In this document: positions 8,255 through 15,760 of the stretch, piece after piece
Position numbering within the stretch: the first letter of the stretch is position 1
How the letters are laid out: each line of letters opens with the position of its first letter
Assembly: GCA_036495095.1 (NCBI GenBank)
Contig: DASXNK010000159.1
Coordinates: 10,515 to 74,514, forward strand
DNA: 64,000 nucleotides
Reading direction: 5' to 3'
Source of the DNA: Candidatus Dormiibacterota bacterium
GTDB taxonomy: Bacteria > Chloroflexota > Dormibacteria > Aeolococcales > Aeolococcaceae
Program-made: the position numbers and the translations under genes
Notes under the pieces: generated by a model
Database searches by the model: none
Told to the model about the DNA's origin: nothing
What the model saw: only the letters and a program-made list of their open reading frames with translations

Positions 8255-9466
8255 CTAGCCGGAGGGTGTCAGCGCGGGCCGGTCGACCGCCGCCGCCAGG
8301 GTGAGCAGGCCGAGCACCGCGTCGCGGGGGCTCCCATCCGGCACCGCGTATCGGACCTCGCCTCGGCCCGCCTCGGTGGGCACCACCAGCTGAGCACGCC
8401 AGAGCTGGCCGAGGTGGTAGACGACCTCGGAGACGGGCAGCCCGGTCTCGCGGGCCAGCTCGGCGCTGCTCCGCTCGCCGGCGAGCAGGTGGCGGAGCAG
8501 GCGCAGCCGGCTGACGTCGGCGACCAGGCGCAGCAGGGTGGCGGCGTGGAGCAGGTCGCCGTCCGCGGCGGGAAGGTCGCCGATGGCCGGGGTGGGCGAT
8601 GCCGGCCCGCGGTGGCGGCGGGCGATGTAGGTGGTGCGCAGCAGGGCCTCGCCGGCGGTGGCGCCGGTGCCGCGGCGGGTGATCACCAGGTAGAAGATGC
8701 CGATCCCGGTGGCGACCACGAGGGCGTCCGCCCAGCCCGCGATCAAACCGGCGCCGACCAGGCGGCGGACCAGGGCCACCACCCCCGAGAGCATGCTGGC
8801 GACGAGGCCCAGGTCGACGGCGAGGGCGAGCACCAGCCGCACCCCGTCGGGCATGCGCACCAGGGCGCCGCGGTCGCCCGCCGGCACCCGCCGGATGGCG
8901 ATGAAGCTGCCCAATCCGATGGCGACGAGGATCGCCCCCTGCACCGCCAGCTTCTGCACCTCGCCGAGGAAGTGCTCGACGGGGATGCCGACCACCGCTC
9001 CGAGCACGACGAAGACGCCCACCCAGGCCACCGTCGGGGGCACCACCCCGAGCAGGAAGGTGCGCCGCTCGACCCCGGCGGCGCCGGCGACCAGCGACGT
9101 GTAGATGCGCAGCCCGGGGATGAGGCGGGAGACGGCGATCGCCCTCGGCCCCGCGGAGCGGATCCGCCCCGACACCCGGGCGAGGTTCTCTGCCTGCCGA
9201 AGGCGCCGGGCGAGGGTGGTGAGGCCGTGCTCGCCGACCAGCCGGGCCCAGCTGTAGCCCACCATCGAGCCCGCCAGCGAGGCGGCGATGGCGAGGGGCA
9301 CGAACACCACCGGGTCGAGGCCGCCGGCGGCGATCAGCAGCCCACCGGCCATGAGCACCAGCTCGCCGGGGGCGAAGGGGATGGGGATCCCCGCCTCCTC
9401 CGCGAACAGCAGGCTGCACAGGAGGACGATGGCGACGACACCGTGGAGCCCCTGCAGGTAGCTCAC
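8255..9466 (-). CDS. DedA (SNARE-associated) - RDD - ArsR-type HTH fusion membrane protein
   Basis: From GTG 9466 (VSYLQGLHGVVAIVLLCSLLFAEEAGIPIPFAPGE = DedA N-terminus). Middle RDD-like segment (VRLVLALAVDLGLV...GTGATAGEALLRT). C-terminal ArsR/SmtB HTH (LRLVADVSRLRLLRHLLAGERSSAELARETGLPVSEVVYHLGQL). Confidence 0.8.
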   Translation of the reverse strand: MSYLQGLHGVVAIVLLCSLLFAEEAGIPIPFAPGELVLMAGGLLIAAGGLDPVVFVPLAIAASLAGSMVGYSWARLVGEHGLTTLARRLRQAENLARVSGRIRSAGPRAIAVSRLIPGLRIYTSLVAGAAGVERRTFLLGVVPPTVAWVGVFVVLGAVVGIPVEHFLGEVQKLAVQGAILVAIGLGSFIAIRRVPAGDRGALVRMPDGVRLVLALAVDLGLVASMLSGVVALVRRLVGAGLIAGWADALVVATGIGIFYLVITRRGTGATAGEALLRTTYIARRHRGPASPTPAIGDLPAADGDLLHAATLLRLVADVSRLRLLRHLLAGERSSAELARETGLPVSEVVYHLGQLWRAQLVVPTEAGRGEVRYAVPDGSPRDAVLGLLTLAAAVDRPALTPSG

Positions 9467-9561
9467 GGAGGGCTGCCCGGTGCGTTCACTGCCACCACCA
9501 TACAGCGAAGCCGGCCGCCTCACAGCCGGGGGGGCGATGGCGAGATGTGTTACTGAGACGC

Positions 9562-9579
9562 TATCATGCTTTCTATCAT
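9562..9579. promoter_or_regulatory. direct repeat TATCAT-N6-TATCAT in the divergent DedA-ArsR / csbD intergenic region
   Basis: gcTATCATgctttcTATCATcaagcat. Also inverted repeat ATGCTT-N9-AAGCAT. The only AT-rich patch of the 170-nt intergenic region. Confidence 0.3.
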
Positions 9580-9638
9580 CAAGCATCAGCTCCTGCGGGA
9601 TGCGCACCGCGCCTCGCAGCCAGAGCGGAGGAGATCCC

Positions 9639-9818
9639 ATGGCCGGAGAGATCGACCAGGCGACCGGAAAGGTCAAGGAGGTCGCCGGGCGCGCGACCGG
9701 CGACCCCGACCTCGAGGCCGAGGGCAAGGCCGAGAACGTCAAGGGCCATGTCAAGGATGCCGCGGAGAGCGTCAAGGACGCCGCCAGGAGCATCAAGGAC
9801 AAGCTGACCGGACACTGA
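9639..9818 (+). CDS. CsbD family general stress protein
   Basis: GGAGGAG 5 nt before ATG 9639. MAGEIDQATGKVKEVAGRATGDPDLEAEGKAENVKGHVKDAAESVKDAA is a textbook CsbD repeat pattern (59 aa). Confidence 0.85.
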   Translation: MAGEIDQATGKVKEVAGRATGDPDLEAEGKAENVKGHVKDAAESVKDAARSIKDKLTGH

Positions 9819-9825
9819 CCTGACC

Positions 9826-9860
9826 CGGCGGCGGGCGGCCGGTCCGGCCGCCCCGCCGCG
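9826..9860. terminator. GC-rich hairpin between convergent csbD and Rieske genes
   Basis: cggcggcgggcggcc ggtcc ggccgccccgccgcg: about 11-bp imperfect stem, no U-tract. Position between two convergent stops suggests a bidirectional terminator. Confidence 0.35.
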
Positions 9861-9877
9861 CGATCCCCTGGCGATGG

Positions 9878-10552
9878 CTAGACGACGTGCACCTCGACCT
9901 GGCCATCGCGGATCCGGACGGGAATGCGCGGCAGCGGCCGCAGCGGCTGGGGCTGCTCGTGGTACAGCACCTCGCCACCGAGCCCGAAGGCGGCGCGGTG
10001 GCAGGGGCAGTCGAGCCGGCCGGCGTTCTGGTCGAGCTGCAGGATGCAGCCCAGGTGGGTGCACACCGCCGAGAGCGCGAGAAGGTCGCCGCCGCCGCGG
10101 TGGACCACCACCCCCTCCACCCGGCCGGTGGAGAAGCGCGCCGCCCGGCCCACGGGCAGGGCGTCGAGGGCCACCACGGCGTGCCAGCGGCCGCCGTCGA
10201 CCGCCAGCTCCTCCGGCTCGCCGGGGCTGCCCGGGGGGTGGTCGACGGCGAGCCGGTCGACCACCACGCCGGTGGCCGCCGCCGCCGCCGCCAGGCCCCC
10301 GGCGCGGAGCAGGCCGCGGCGGCTGAGCCGCCCTCCGGCGGGGACATCGCCGCCGGCGTGCTCGCGCAGCCGGGCCTCCAGCCGCTCGACGAAGCGGGGG
10401 TCGGGCAGCCCCGCCTGGGGGCGCGCGGCCGAGAGCTCGATCGCGGCGGCGAGCGCCTCGAGGTCGTCGGCGTCCTGCCGGCCCCGGGGTGGCCGGCGGT
10501 TGCGGAGCAGCGCGTCGACGTAGGCGGCGACGCGCCGGACCCGGCGGCTCAC
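9878..10552 (-). CDS. Rieske [2Fe-2S] domain protein with twin-arginine signal/anchor and an N-terminal cytoplasmic extension (candidate anti-sigma factor)
   Basis: CTHLGC...CPCH Rieske motifs. SRRGLLRAGGLAAAAAATGVVV Tat-type signal. About 70-aa N-terminal domain. 4-nt overlap with the ECF sigma gene upstream. Confidence 0.85.
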   Translation of the reverse strand: MSRRVRRVAAYVDALLRNRRPPRGRQDADDLEALAAAIELSAARPQAGLPDPRFVERLEARLREHAGGDVPAGGRLSRRGLLRAGGLAAAAAATGVVVDRLAVDHPPGSPGEPEELAVDGGRWHAVVALDALPVGRAARFSTGRVEGVVVHRGGGDLLALSAVCTHLGCILQLDQNAGRLDCPCHRAAFGLGGEVLYHEQPQPLRPLPRIPVRIRDGQVEVHVV

Positions 10553-11106
10553 GGCGCCACCTCGTGTTCGAGCTCGGCGGCGCGCCGCAGCGCGCGGTAC
10601 TGCACCACCTTGGCATTGCCCACGCTGATGCCCATGCGCGCCGCCGCCTCGCGCAGCGAGCAGCCGGAGAGGAAGCGCAGCTCGAGGATGGTGCGATGGT
10701 TGGCGGGAAGGGCGCTCAGCAGCCGGCGCACCCGGCGCACCCGCTCCGTGGCGGTCGCCTCACCGGCGTCGCCGCCCTCTCCGGGGGCGGCGGCGGTCTC
10801 CTCGTCGAGGGTGGTGAGCTCGACCCCCATGCGCCGGCGCCAGTGGTCGGCGAGCACGGTGCGCGCCGTCGCCAGCAGGTAGCGGTGCACCTCGCCGCCC
10901 GAGGCCCCGGGGCGGAGGTGGGGGAGAGCGCCGAGGAACACCTGCGAGGTGAGGTCCTCGGCGTCGGGCTGGTTGCCCACCCTCGAGTACATGAGGCGGT
11001 AGATGCTGACGATGTTGTCGCGGTACACCGCCTCCCAGTCGGGCGGGGCCATGCCGTCGACGATACCGAGGCGCAGCGGCCGAACGTCAGACGGGGTCAC
11101 GCCCAC
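10549..11106 (-). CDS. ECF-type RNA polymerase sigma-70 family factor
   Basis: DAEDLTSQVFLGAL, LLATARTVLADHWRRR (region 2) and LPANHRTILELRFLSGCSLREAAARMGISVGNAKVVQYRALRR (region 4). Confidence 0.9.
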   Translation of the reverse strand: MGVTPSDVRPLRLGIVDGMAPPDWEAVYRDNIVSIYRLMYSRVGNQPDAEDLTSQVFLGALPHLRPGASGGEVHRYLLATARTVLADHWRRRMGVELTTLDEETAAAPGEGGDAGEATATERVRRVRRLLSALPANHRTILELRFLSGCSLREAAARMGISVGNAKVVQYRALRRAAELEHEVAP

Positions 11107-11142
11107 CCATACGCGCCCGGTTACACCCGGTCCACCGGCGGC

Positions 11143-12039
11143 TCAGCCGTTGAGCGCGATGTCGACCGCGGGCACCTTCCCGGCCAGGGTGCCGTCGGCG
11201 GCGGAGGCGAGGTCGGCCACCGTCACCGGGCCCTCGAAGCGGTCGGAGATCACCCCGTCGGCGTTGACGAAGTAGATCCAGGGATCGGTGGCCAGGCCGA
11301 AGGCGGTGAACCCGGGGTTGTCCTTCGCGCCCTCGTCGGGGCCGGCGGGGAAGTGGTCCTCGACGTGCTCGACGAGGACGCGGTCGCCGTACCGCTGGGC
11401 GAACTGCTGGAGGATCTGCACGGTGGGGCCGCAGGTGCGCGACTTGCAGAAGCCGGGCTCACCGAAGTACAGGACCATCGGCCGGTGCTTGGCGAGGCCG
11501 TCGGCGACGGTGGCGTTGTGCCAGCTGTCGGGCGGGTTGCCGCTGTCGACCTGGGCGATGGTGACCCCGGGGTCGCCGAGGATCGGCTGGCGCACCGCCG
11601 GCGCGTGGGCGCCGATGCTCAGGCCCGGGCCCTTGTCGCTCACCCGCACCGAGATGGTGCCGCCACCGGTGCGGCCGCCGGGCAGGATGGCGGAGACCAG
11701 CAGCCGGTAGACCCCGACCTGGGGGAAGTTCGCGGTGCCGGTGTAGACGGGGATGCCGCCGTACTCGGGGCCGATGTCGCGCAGGGGGCGGTGCTCGTCG
11801 ACGCCGCCAATGCCCTGGACCACCATCGAGACCTGGGCGCCGGCGACCGGCTTGCCCGCCTTGTCGAGCAGGGCGAGGCCGATGCGGTCGGTGCCGGTGA
11901 GCAGCTCGGTGATGGTGGGCTGCACCACCAGGCTCACCGGGCCGTCGGTCGCCGGGGTGGCGGGGGGACCGCCGCCCGCGTCCTCGCCGCAGCCGGCCAG
12001 GAGCGCGGCGAGCAGCGCGGTGACCGCCCAGCGCCTCAC
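11143..12039 (-). CDS. lipoprotein with C-terminal thioredoxin-like (TlpA/redoxin-type) domain
   Basis: In-frame GTG 12039 gives VRRWAVTALLAALLAGCGED (lipobox LAGC). C-terminal MVLYFGEPGFCKSRTCGPTVQIL...DPWIYFVNADGVI. GTGA overlap with the upstream gene. Confidence 0.75.
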   Translation of the reverse strand: MRRWAVTALLAALLAGCGEDAGGGPPATPATDGPVSLVVQPTITELLTGTDRIGLALLDKAGKPVAGAQVSMVVQGIGGVDEHRPLRDIGPEYGGIPVYTGTANFPQVGVYRLLVSAILPGGRTGGGTISVRVSDKGPGLSIGAHAPAVRQPILGDPGVTIAQVDSGNPPDSWHNATVADGLAKHRPMVLYFGEPGFCKSRTCGPTVQILQQFAQRYGDRVLVEHVEDHFPAGPDEGAKDNPGFTAFGLATDPWIYFVNADGVISDRFEGPVTVADLASAADGTLAGKVPAVDIALNG

Positions 12040-12908
12040 CGGGCCGCCGCCGAGGGCCGGGTCAGCCCGATCGGGTTGGGGAAGGGCAGCCCGCCGCCCT
12101 CGAGGATGCGATCGCCGAGCCCGGCGATCAGGGTCTCGAAGCGCTCGCAGCCGGCCGCGCCCAGCGCCTCGGCGGGGCCGCCGGCGAGCCGGTCGGTGCT
12201 CTCCTCCACCCGCCGGCGGGCGTCGGCACCCGCCTCGGTGAGGCGGCCGTCCGCGTCCAGCCAGCCGCGCTCTTGCAGCGCCGCCGCCGCCGCCGCCCAC
12301 TCCTCCTCGGACCAGCCCCGGAAGCCGCGCAGCTGCTCGGCGTCGATGACCCCGGTGCCGGCGAGGGTGAGGTTGGCGGCGCAGCCGTCGAGACCCTCGG
12401 AGACGAGGGTGGCGACGTGGCCGTCGAAGCGGTGCTCGCGGAGCAGGGTGCACGCGTGCCAGAGGGCGAGATGGGGCTCCTCGGGCCAGGGCAGCGCGGC
12501 GTGGGCGGCGTACAGCGGCCGCCCGGCGAGAGCGCACCCCTCCACCGCCCGGCGGCCCAGACCGGCCGCCTCGACCACCGCCTCCGAGTCCGCGGCATCG
12601 CCGAGAAGGCGGCGCAGCGCGGAGCCGGCGACGGCGGTGCGGGCCTCCAGCACCCGCTCCGGGGAGGAGAGGCGCCAGGCGTCGGGGATGGCGCGGGCCG
12701 CCATCGCGGGGTGGAACACGTAGAACGTCGCGGTCACCACCTCGGCCGGCACCGGCCCCATCGGTGCCGAGCGCGAGGCGAAGTAGCCCATCCAGCCGCC
12801 GCGGAGCCCCGCCGCGCCGTACTGATCACGCCCCTCGGGCGCGAAGTAGACGACGGCGTGAATGGGCTCGAAGCGCCGCCACAGCGCACGCAGGCCGGCC
12901 GGTTGCAT
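12036..12908 (-). CDS. conserved hypothetical protein (resembles the actinobacterial SCO6745-type family, from memory)
   Basis: 290-aa ORF with genome-typical codon bias. FEPIHAVVYFAPEG...GLRGGWMGYFASRSAPMG N-terminus, as I recall for that family. No search run. Confidence 0.6.
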   Translation of the reverse strand: MQPAGLRALWRRFEPIHAVVYFAPEGRDQYGAAGLRGGWMGYFASRSAPMGPVPAEVVTATFYVFHPAMAARAIPDAWRLSSPERVLEARTAVAGSALRRLLGDAADSEAVVEAAGLGRRAVEGCALAGRPLYAAHAALPWPEEPHLALWHACTLLREHRFDGHVATLVSEGLDGCAANLTLAGTGVIDAEQLRGFRGWSEEEWAAAAAALQERGWLDADGRLTEAGADARRRVEESTDRLAGGPAEALGAAGCERFETLIAGLGDRILEGGGLPFPNPIGLTRPSAAAR

Positions 12909-12953
12909 CCGCGAGATGATACGCGGCGGTTCGCCGCGGACCGCCTCCCCCGA

Positions 12954-13655
12954 TCAGCCGTCCCGGCGGCGCTGCCGCCGTCCCAGCCCGACCAGCGCCG
13001 CTCCGAGGGCGCCGAGGAGCAGGGCCAGTCCCCAGGGCGGCGCCCCGCCGGTGCTGGGGGTCGCCACCTGCGGCCCCGCCGGCGCCGCCACCGCGGGCGC
13101 GGCCGGGGCGGGGACGAGAGCCGGCAGCAGCGGGCTGACGGCGCTCTGGACCGGCGCCACCGCCACCGGCCGGGGGGCGGCCGGAGCCGGGGCGGCGGCG
13201 GCGGCGACCGGCGGGGCGGCCGCCACCGCGCGGCCCGCCGGTGCACCCACCGCGGTCACGGTCACGGTGCCGCTGAGCACGGCGAGGCCGCCGGCCACGA
13301 AGGAGTAGTTGTAGGTGCCCGGTCGCAGGAAGGTCCCGCCGGACTCCGAGCCGGCGCCGAGCGAGGAGCTGGCAGGGCCGGCGTCGGGTCCGGTCCCCGG
13401 GCCCGTCCCCGGGCAGGTGGCCGGGCTGCAGCGGCTGATCACCAGGGGCACGCCGGTCAGGTTGTGCCAGAGCACGGTGGCCCCCGCGGGAACGGTGAGG
13501 GTGCTGGGGCTGATGCAGTAGGCAGCGGCGCCGCACGCGCTCCCCGACCGGATCTCCACCTGGGGGCCGCTCGCAGCCGCCCCGACGGTCGCGGGCAGCG
13601 CCGCGGCCACCATCATCCCCAGTGCTCCCAGCACACGCACGACATCTCGCCGCAT
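12954..13655 (-). CDS. cupredoxin-fold paralogue lacking copper ligands, membrane-anchored
   Basis: Same architecture as 5610..6377 (signal peptide, CSPATCPGTGPGTGP vs CDASCPGAGPGSG, Pro/Ala linker, TM plus RRQRRR). The ligand loop reads YNYSFVAGGLAVLSGTVTV, with no Cys/His/Met. Confidence 0.7.
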   Translation of the reverse strand: MRRDVVRVLGALGMMVAAALPATVGAAASGPQVEIRSGSACGAAAYCISPSTLTVPAGATVLWHNLTGVPLVISRCSPATCPGTGPGTGPDAGPASSSLGAGSESGGTFLRPGTYNYSFVAGGLAVLSGTVTVTAVGAPAGRAVAAAPPVAAAAAPAPAAPRPVAVAPVQSAVSPLLPALVPAPAAPAVAAPAGPQVATPSTGGAPPWGLALLLGALGAALVGLGRRQRRRDG

Positions 13656-13759
13656 GGAGTCTCTCCCTCAGACCCCCCCCTCACGGCGGACCGGTCCGCC
13701 AGTTCATACCACAGTTGGGGGCGTCTGACATCCCCCCATCCGACCGGACGGGCAGCGGG

Positions 13760-14557
13760 TCAGCGCCCCCGCCACACCGGCGGGCGCTTCTCGAGGAAGG
13801 CGCAGATCCCCTCCTGCCCGTCGGCGTCGGTGGCGTTCCGGGACATCACCTCGCGGGTGTGCTCGTAGGCGGCGTCCTGGGTCATCTCGATCTGCTCGTA
13901 GAACGCGTGCTTGCCCAGCCCGACCACGTGGTGGCTGGCGGCGGCGACCTGGGTCGCCAGCGCCGTCGTCTCCTCGCGCAGCCGCTCGGCGGGCACCACC
14001 CGGTTGACCAGGCCGTGGCGCAGCGCCTCCTCGGCACCGACCGGCTCGCCGGTCAGCAGCATCTCCAGCGCCTTCTTGCGGCCCACGGCACGGCTCAGCG
14101 CCACCATCGGCGTCGAGCAGAAGAGGCCGATGCGCACCCCGGGGGTGGCGAAGCGGGCGGTGTCGGCGGCGACCGCCAGGTCGCAGGTGGCCACCAGCTG
14201 GCAGCCGGCCGCGGTGGCGATGCCGTGCACCTCGGCGATGACCGGCTGGGGGATGCCCTGGATCGTCTCCATCAGGGTGGTGCAGACCGCGAAGAGGTGC
14301 CGGAACTCGTCGAGCTCGCGGTCGACCATCTCACCGAGGTCGTGCCCGGCGCAGAAGGCGGGTCCGGCCCCGCGGAGCACCACCGCGCCGATGTCGGAGC
14401 GGCTCCCGATGCCCCGGAGGGCGTCGACGAGCTCCTCCATGTGCGCCACCGAGAGAGCGTTGCGCCGCTCCGGACGGTTCATGGTGACCACGGCGACGGG
14501 GCCGCCGTCCTCGAGCAGCAGGTGCTGGTACCGCCGGCCTGCGGCGACGTCGGTCAT
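13760..14557 (-). CDS. enoyl-CoA hydratase/isomerase family protein
   Basis: VTMNRPERRNAL...FCAGHDL...IAEVHGIATAAGCQLVATCDLAVA; crotonase fold signature. Confidence 0.9.
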   Translation of the reverse strand: MTDVAAGRRYQHLLLEDGGPVAVVTMNRPERRNALSVAHMEELVDALRGIGSRSDIGAVVLRGAGPAFCAGHDLGEMVDRELDEFRHLFAVCTTLMETIQGIPQPVIAEVHGIATAAGCQLVATCDLAVAADTARFATPGVRIGLFCSTPMVALSRAVGRKKALEMLLTGEPVGAEEALRHGLVNRVVPAERLREETTALATQVAAASHHVVGLGKHAFYEQIEMTQDAAYEHTREVMSRNATDADGQEGICAFLEKRPPVWRGR

Positions 14558-14721
14558 GGCCTCGAGCCTCCCATTCAGGGTGATCTCCCCGCTCCCCCCA
14601 TCGTAGGTCTCCGGGATCTATTCTTTCCATCGGGGCGGTGTGAGGCATGTGGCGGCGAGGTCCAGGCATGGGTTTCCGGCTCGGCTTGCGTCAGCGGTCA
14701 CGCGCGGACCGGCCTGACCTC

Positions 14722-14871
14722 ATGGTCACCCGCTACCGCTCCCGGGAGGAGTACGAGCGCGACGTCCGGCGCATGCTCGCCGACGGCTGGCGGATGAGCG
14801 GCTGGCAGCGGCTCGACGCCGCCGCGGGCCCCGACGTCATCATCGCCACCTGGGTCCGCCAGGAGCTCTGA
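14722..14871 (+). CDS. small hypothetical protein (49 aa)
   Basis: MVTRYRSREEYERDVRRMLADGWRMSGWQRL... from ATG 14722 within ORF 14647..14871. Third codon positions almost all G/C, as in real genes here. Confidence 0.5.
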   Translation: MVTRYRSREEYERDVRRMLADGWRMSGWQRLDAAAGPDVIIATWVRQEL

Positions 14872-14994
14872 GGGCTTGGGCGCGGGCTCCGAGCGCCGGT
14901 GGCGCGGGATTGGCCACCGCGCTCAAGGCCACCGTCGGGGGGGCGTCCGTACCATCGGACGGTCGATCGAGCGAGCACTCCTGGAGGGAGAGAC

Positions 14995-15438
14995 ATGGAG
15001 CGCGAGGAGGCGACCGAGATCATCGTCGACGCCCGCCTGCGCCAGGGCAAGACCTGGTCGGAGCTGGCCGACGTGGCGGGACGCAGCAAGGTGTGGACGA
15101 CGTCGGCGCTGCTGGGGCAGCAGGCGATGCCACGGGACGTCGCCGAGAGGGTGGGCGCGGCCCTCGACCTCGACGACGAGGTGGTCAGCGCGCTGCAGCG
15201 CTCGCCCTCCAAGGGGGCGCTCGGCGACGTCATCCCCACCGACCCGCTGCTCTACCGCTTCTACGAGATCGTCCAGGTCTACGGGACGACCCTGAAGGAG
15301 CTGATCCACGAGGACTTCGGCGATGGGATCATGTCGGCGATCGACTTCGAGATGGAGATGGAGCGCCTGCCCGACCCCAAGGGCGACCGGGTCAAGCTGA
15401 CCCTGCACGGCAAGTTCCTGCCCTACCGGATCTGGTAG
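14995..15438 (+). CDS. cynS: cyanase (cyanate hydratase)
   Basis: GGAGGGAG before ATG 14995. ...ALLGQQAMPRDVAERVGAALDLD...IPTDPLLYRFYEIVQVYGTTLKELIHEDFGDGIMSAIDF...KFLPY aligns along its whole length with E. coli CynS as I remember it. Confidence 0.95.
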   Translation: MEREEATEIIVDARLRQGKTWSELADVAGRSKVWTTSALLGQQAMPRDVAERVGAALDLDDEVVSALQRSPSKGALGDVIPTDPLLYRFYEIVQVYGTTLKELIHEDFGDGIMSAIDFEMEMERLPDPKGDRVKLTLHGKFLPYRIW

Positions 15439-15683
15439 CCCTCGGCGGCCGCGGGCAGCGGGGGATCGCCGTCGACCTCGACCAGCTTGGTGCGGGAGCG
15501 GGTACCGGCGCGCAGCCGGACCCGCGCCGGCGGCACCTCGAGCCAGCGCGCCACCGCCAGGACCACGGCGCGGTTGGCCTGTCCCTCGGCGGCAGCGGCG
15601 GTCAGCCAGAGGTGGAGGCGCTCGCCGTCCCATCTCACCCGCTCGCGGGAGGCGCCGGGGTGGGCGCGCACGCTCAGGACCAT
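15423..15683 (-). CDS. DUF167 (YggU) family protein
   Basis: MVLSVRAHPGASRERVRWDGERLHLWLTAAAAEGQANRAVVLAVARWLEVPPARVRLRAGTRSRTKLVEV, the typical YggU pattern. Start at in-frame ATG 15683. Confidence 0.8.
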   Translation of the reverse strand: MVLSVRAHPGASRERVRWDGERLHLWLTAAAAEGQANRAVVLAVARWLEVPPARVRLRAGTRSRTKLVEVDGDPPLPAAAEGYQIR

Positions 15684-15760
15684 CCGGCGACGATAGACCG
15701 GTGCAACCGGGCAGTGCTGGCCGGCTGAGCCCGGTCGCCGGGTGACGGTGACTCGAAGCT

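Noticed and set aside
13685-13700. Perfect palindromes GGCGGACCGGTCCGCC (13685..13700) and GCCGCGACCGGTCGCGGC (56501..56518), both with an ACCGGT core and both upstream of envelope or pilus genes; considered as a shared operator
   Set aside because: About one perfect 16-bp palindrome is expected by chance in 64 kb, and more in DNA this GC-rich. The two share only the 8-bp core GACCGGTC. Not enough support.
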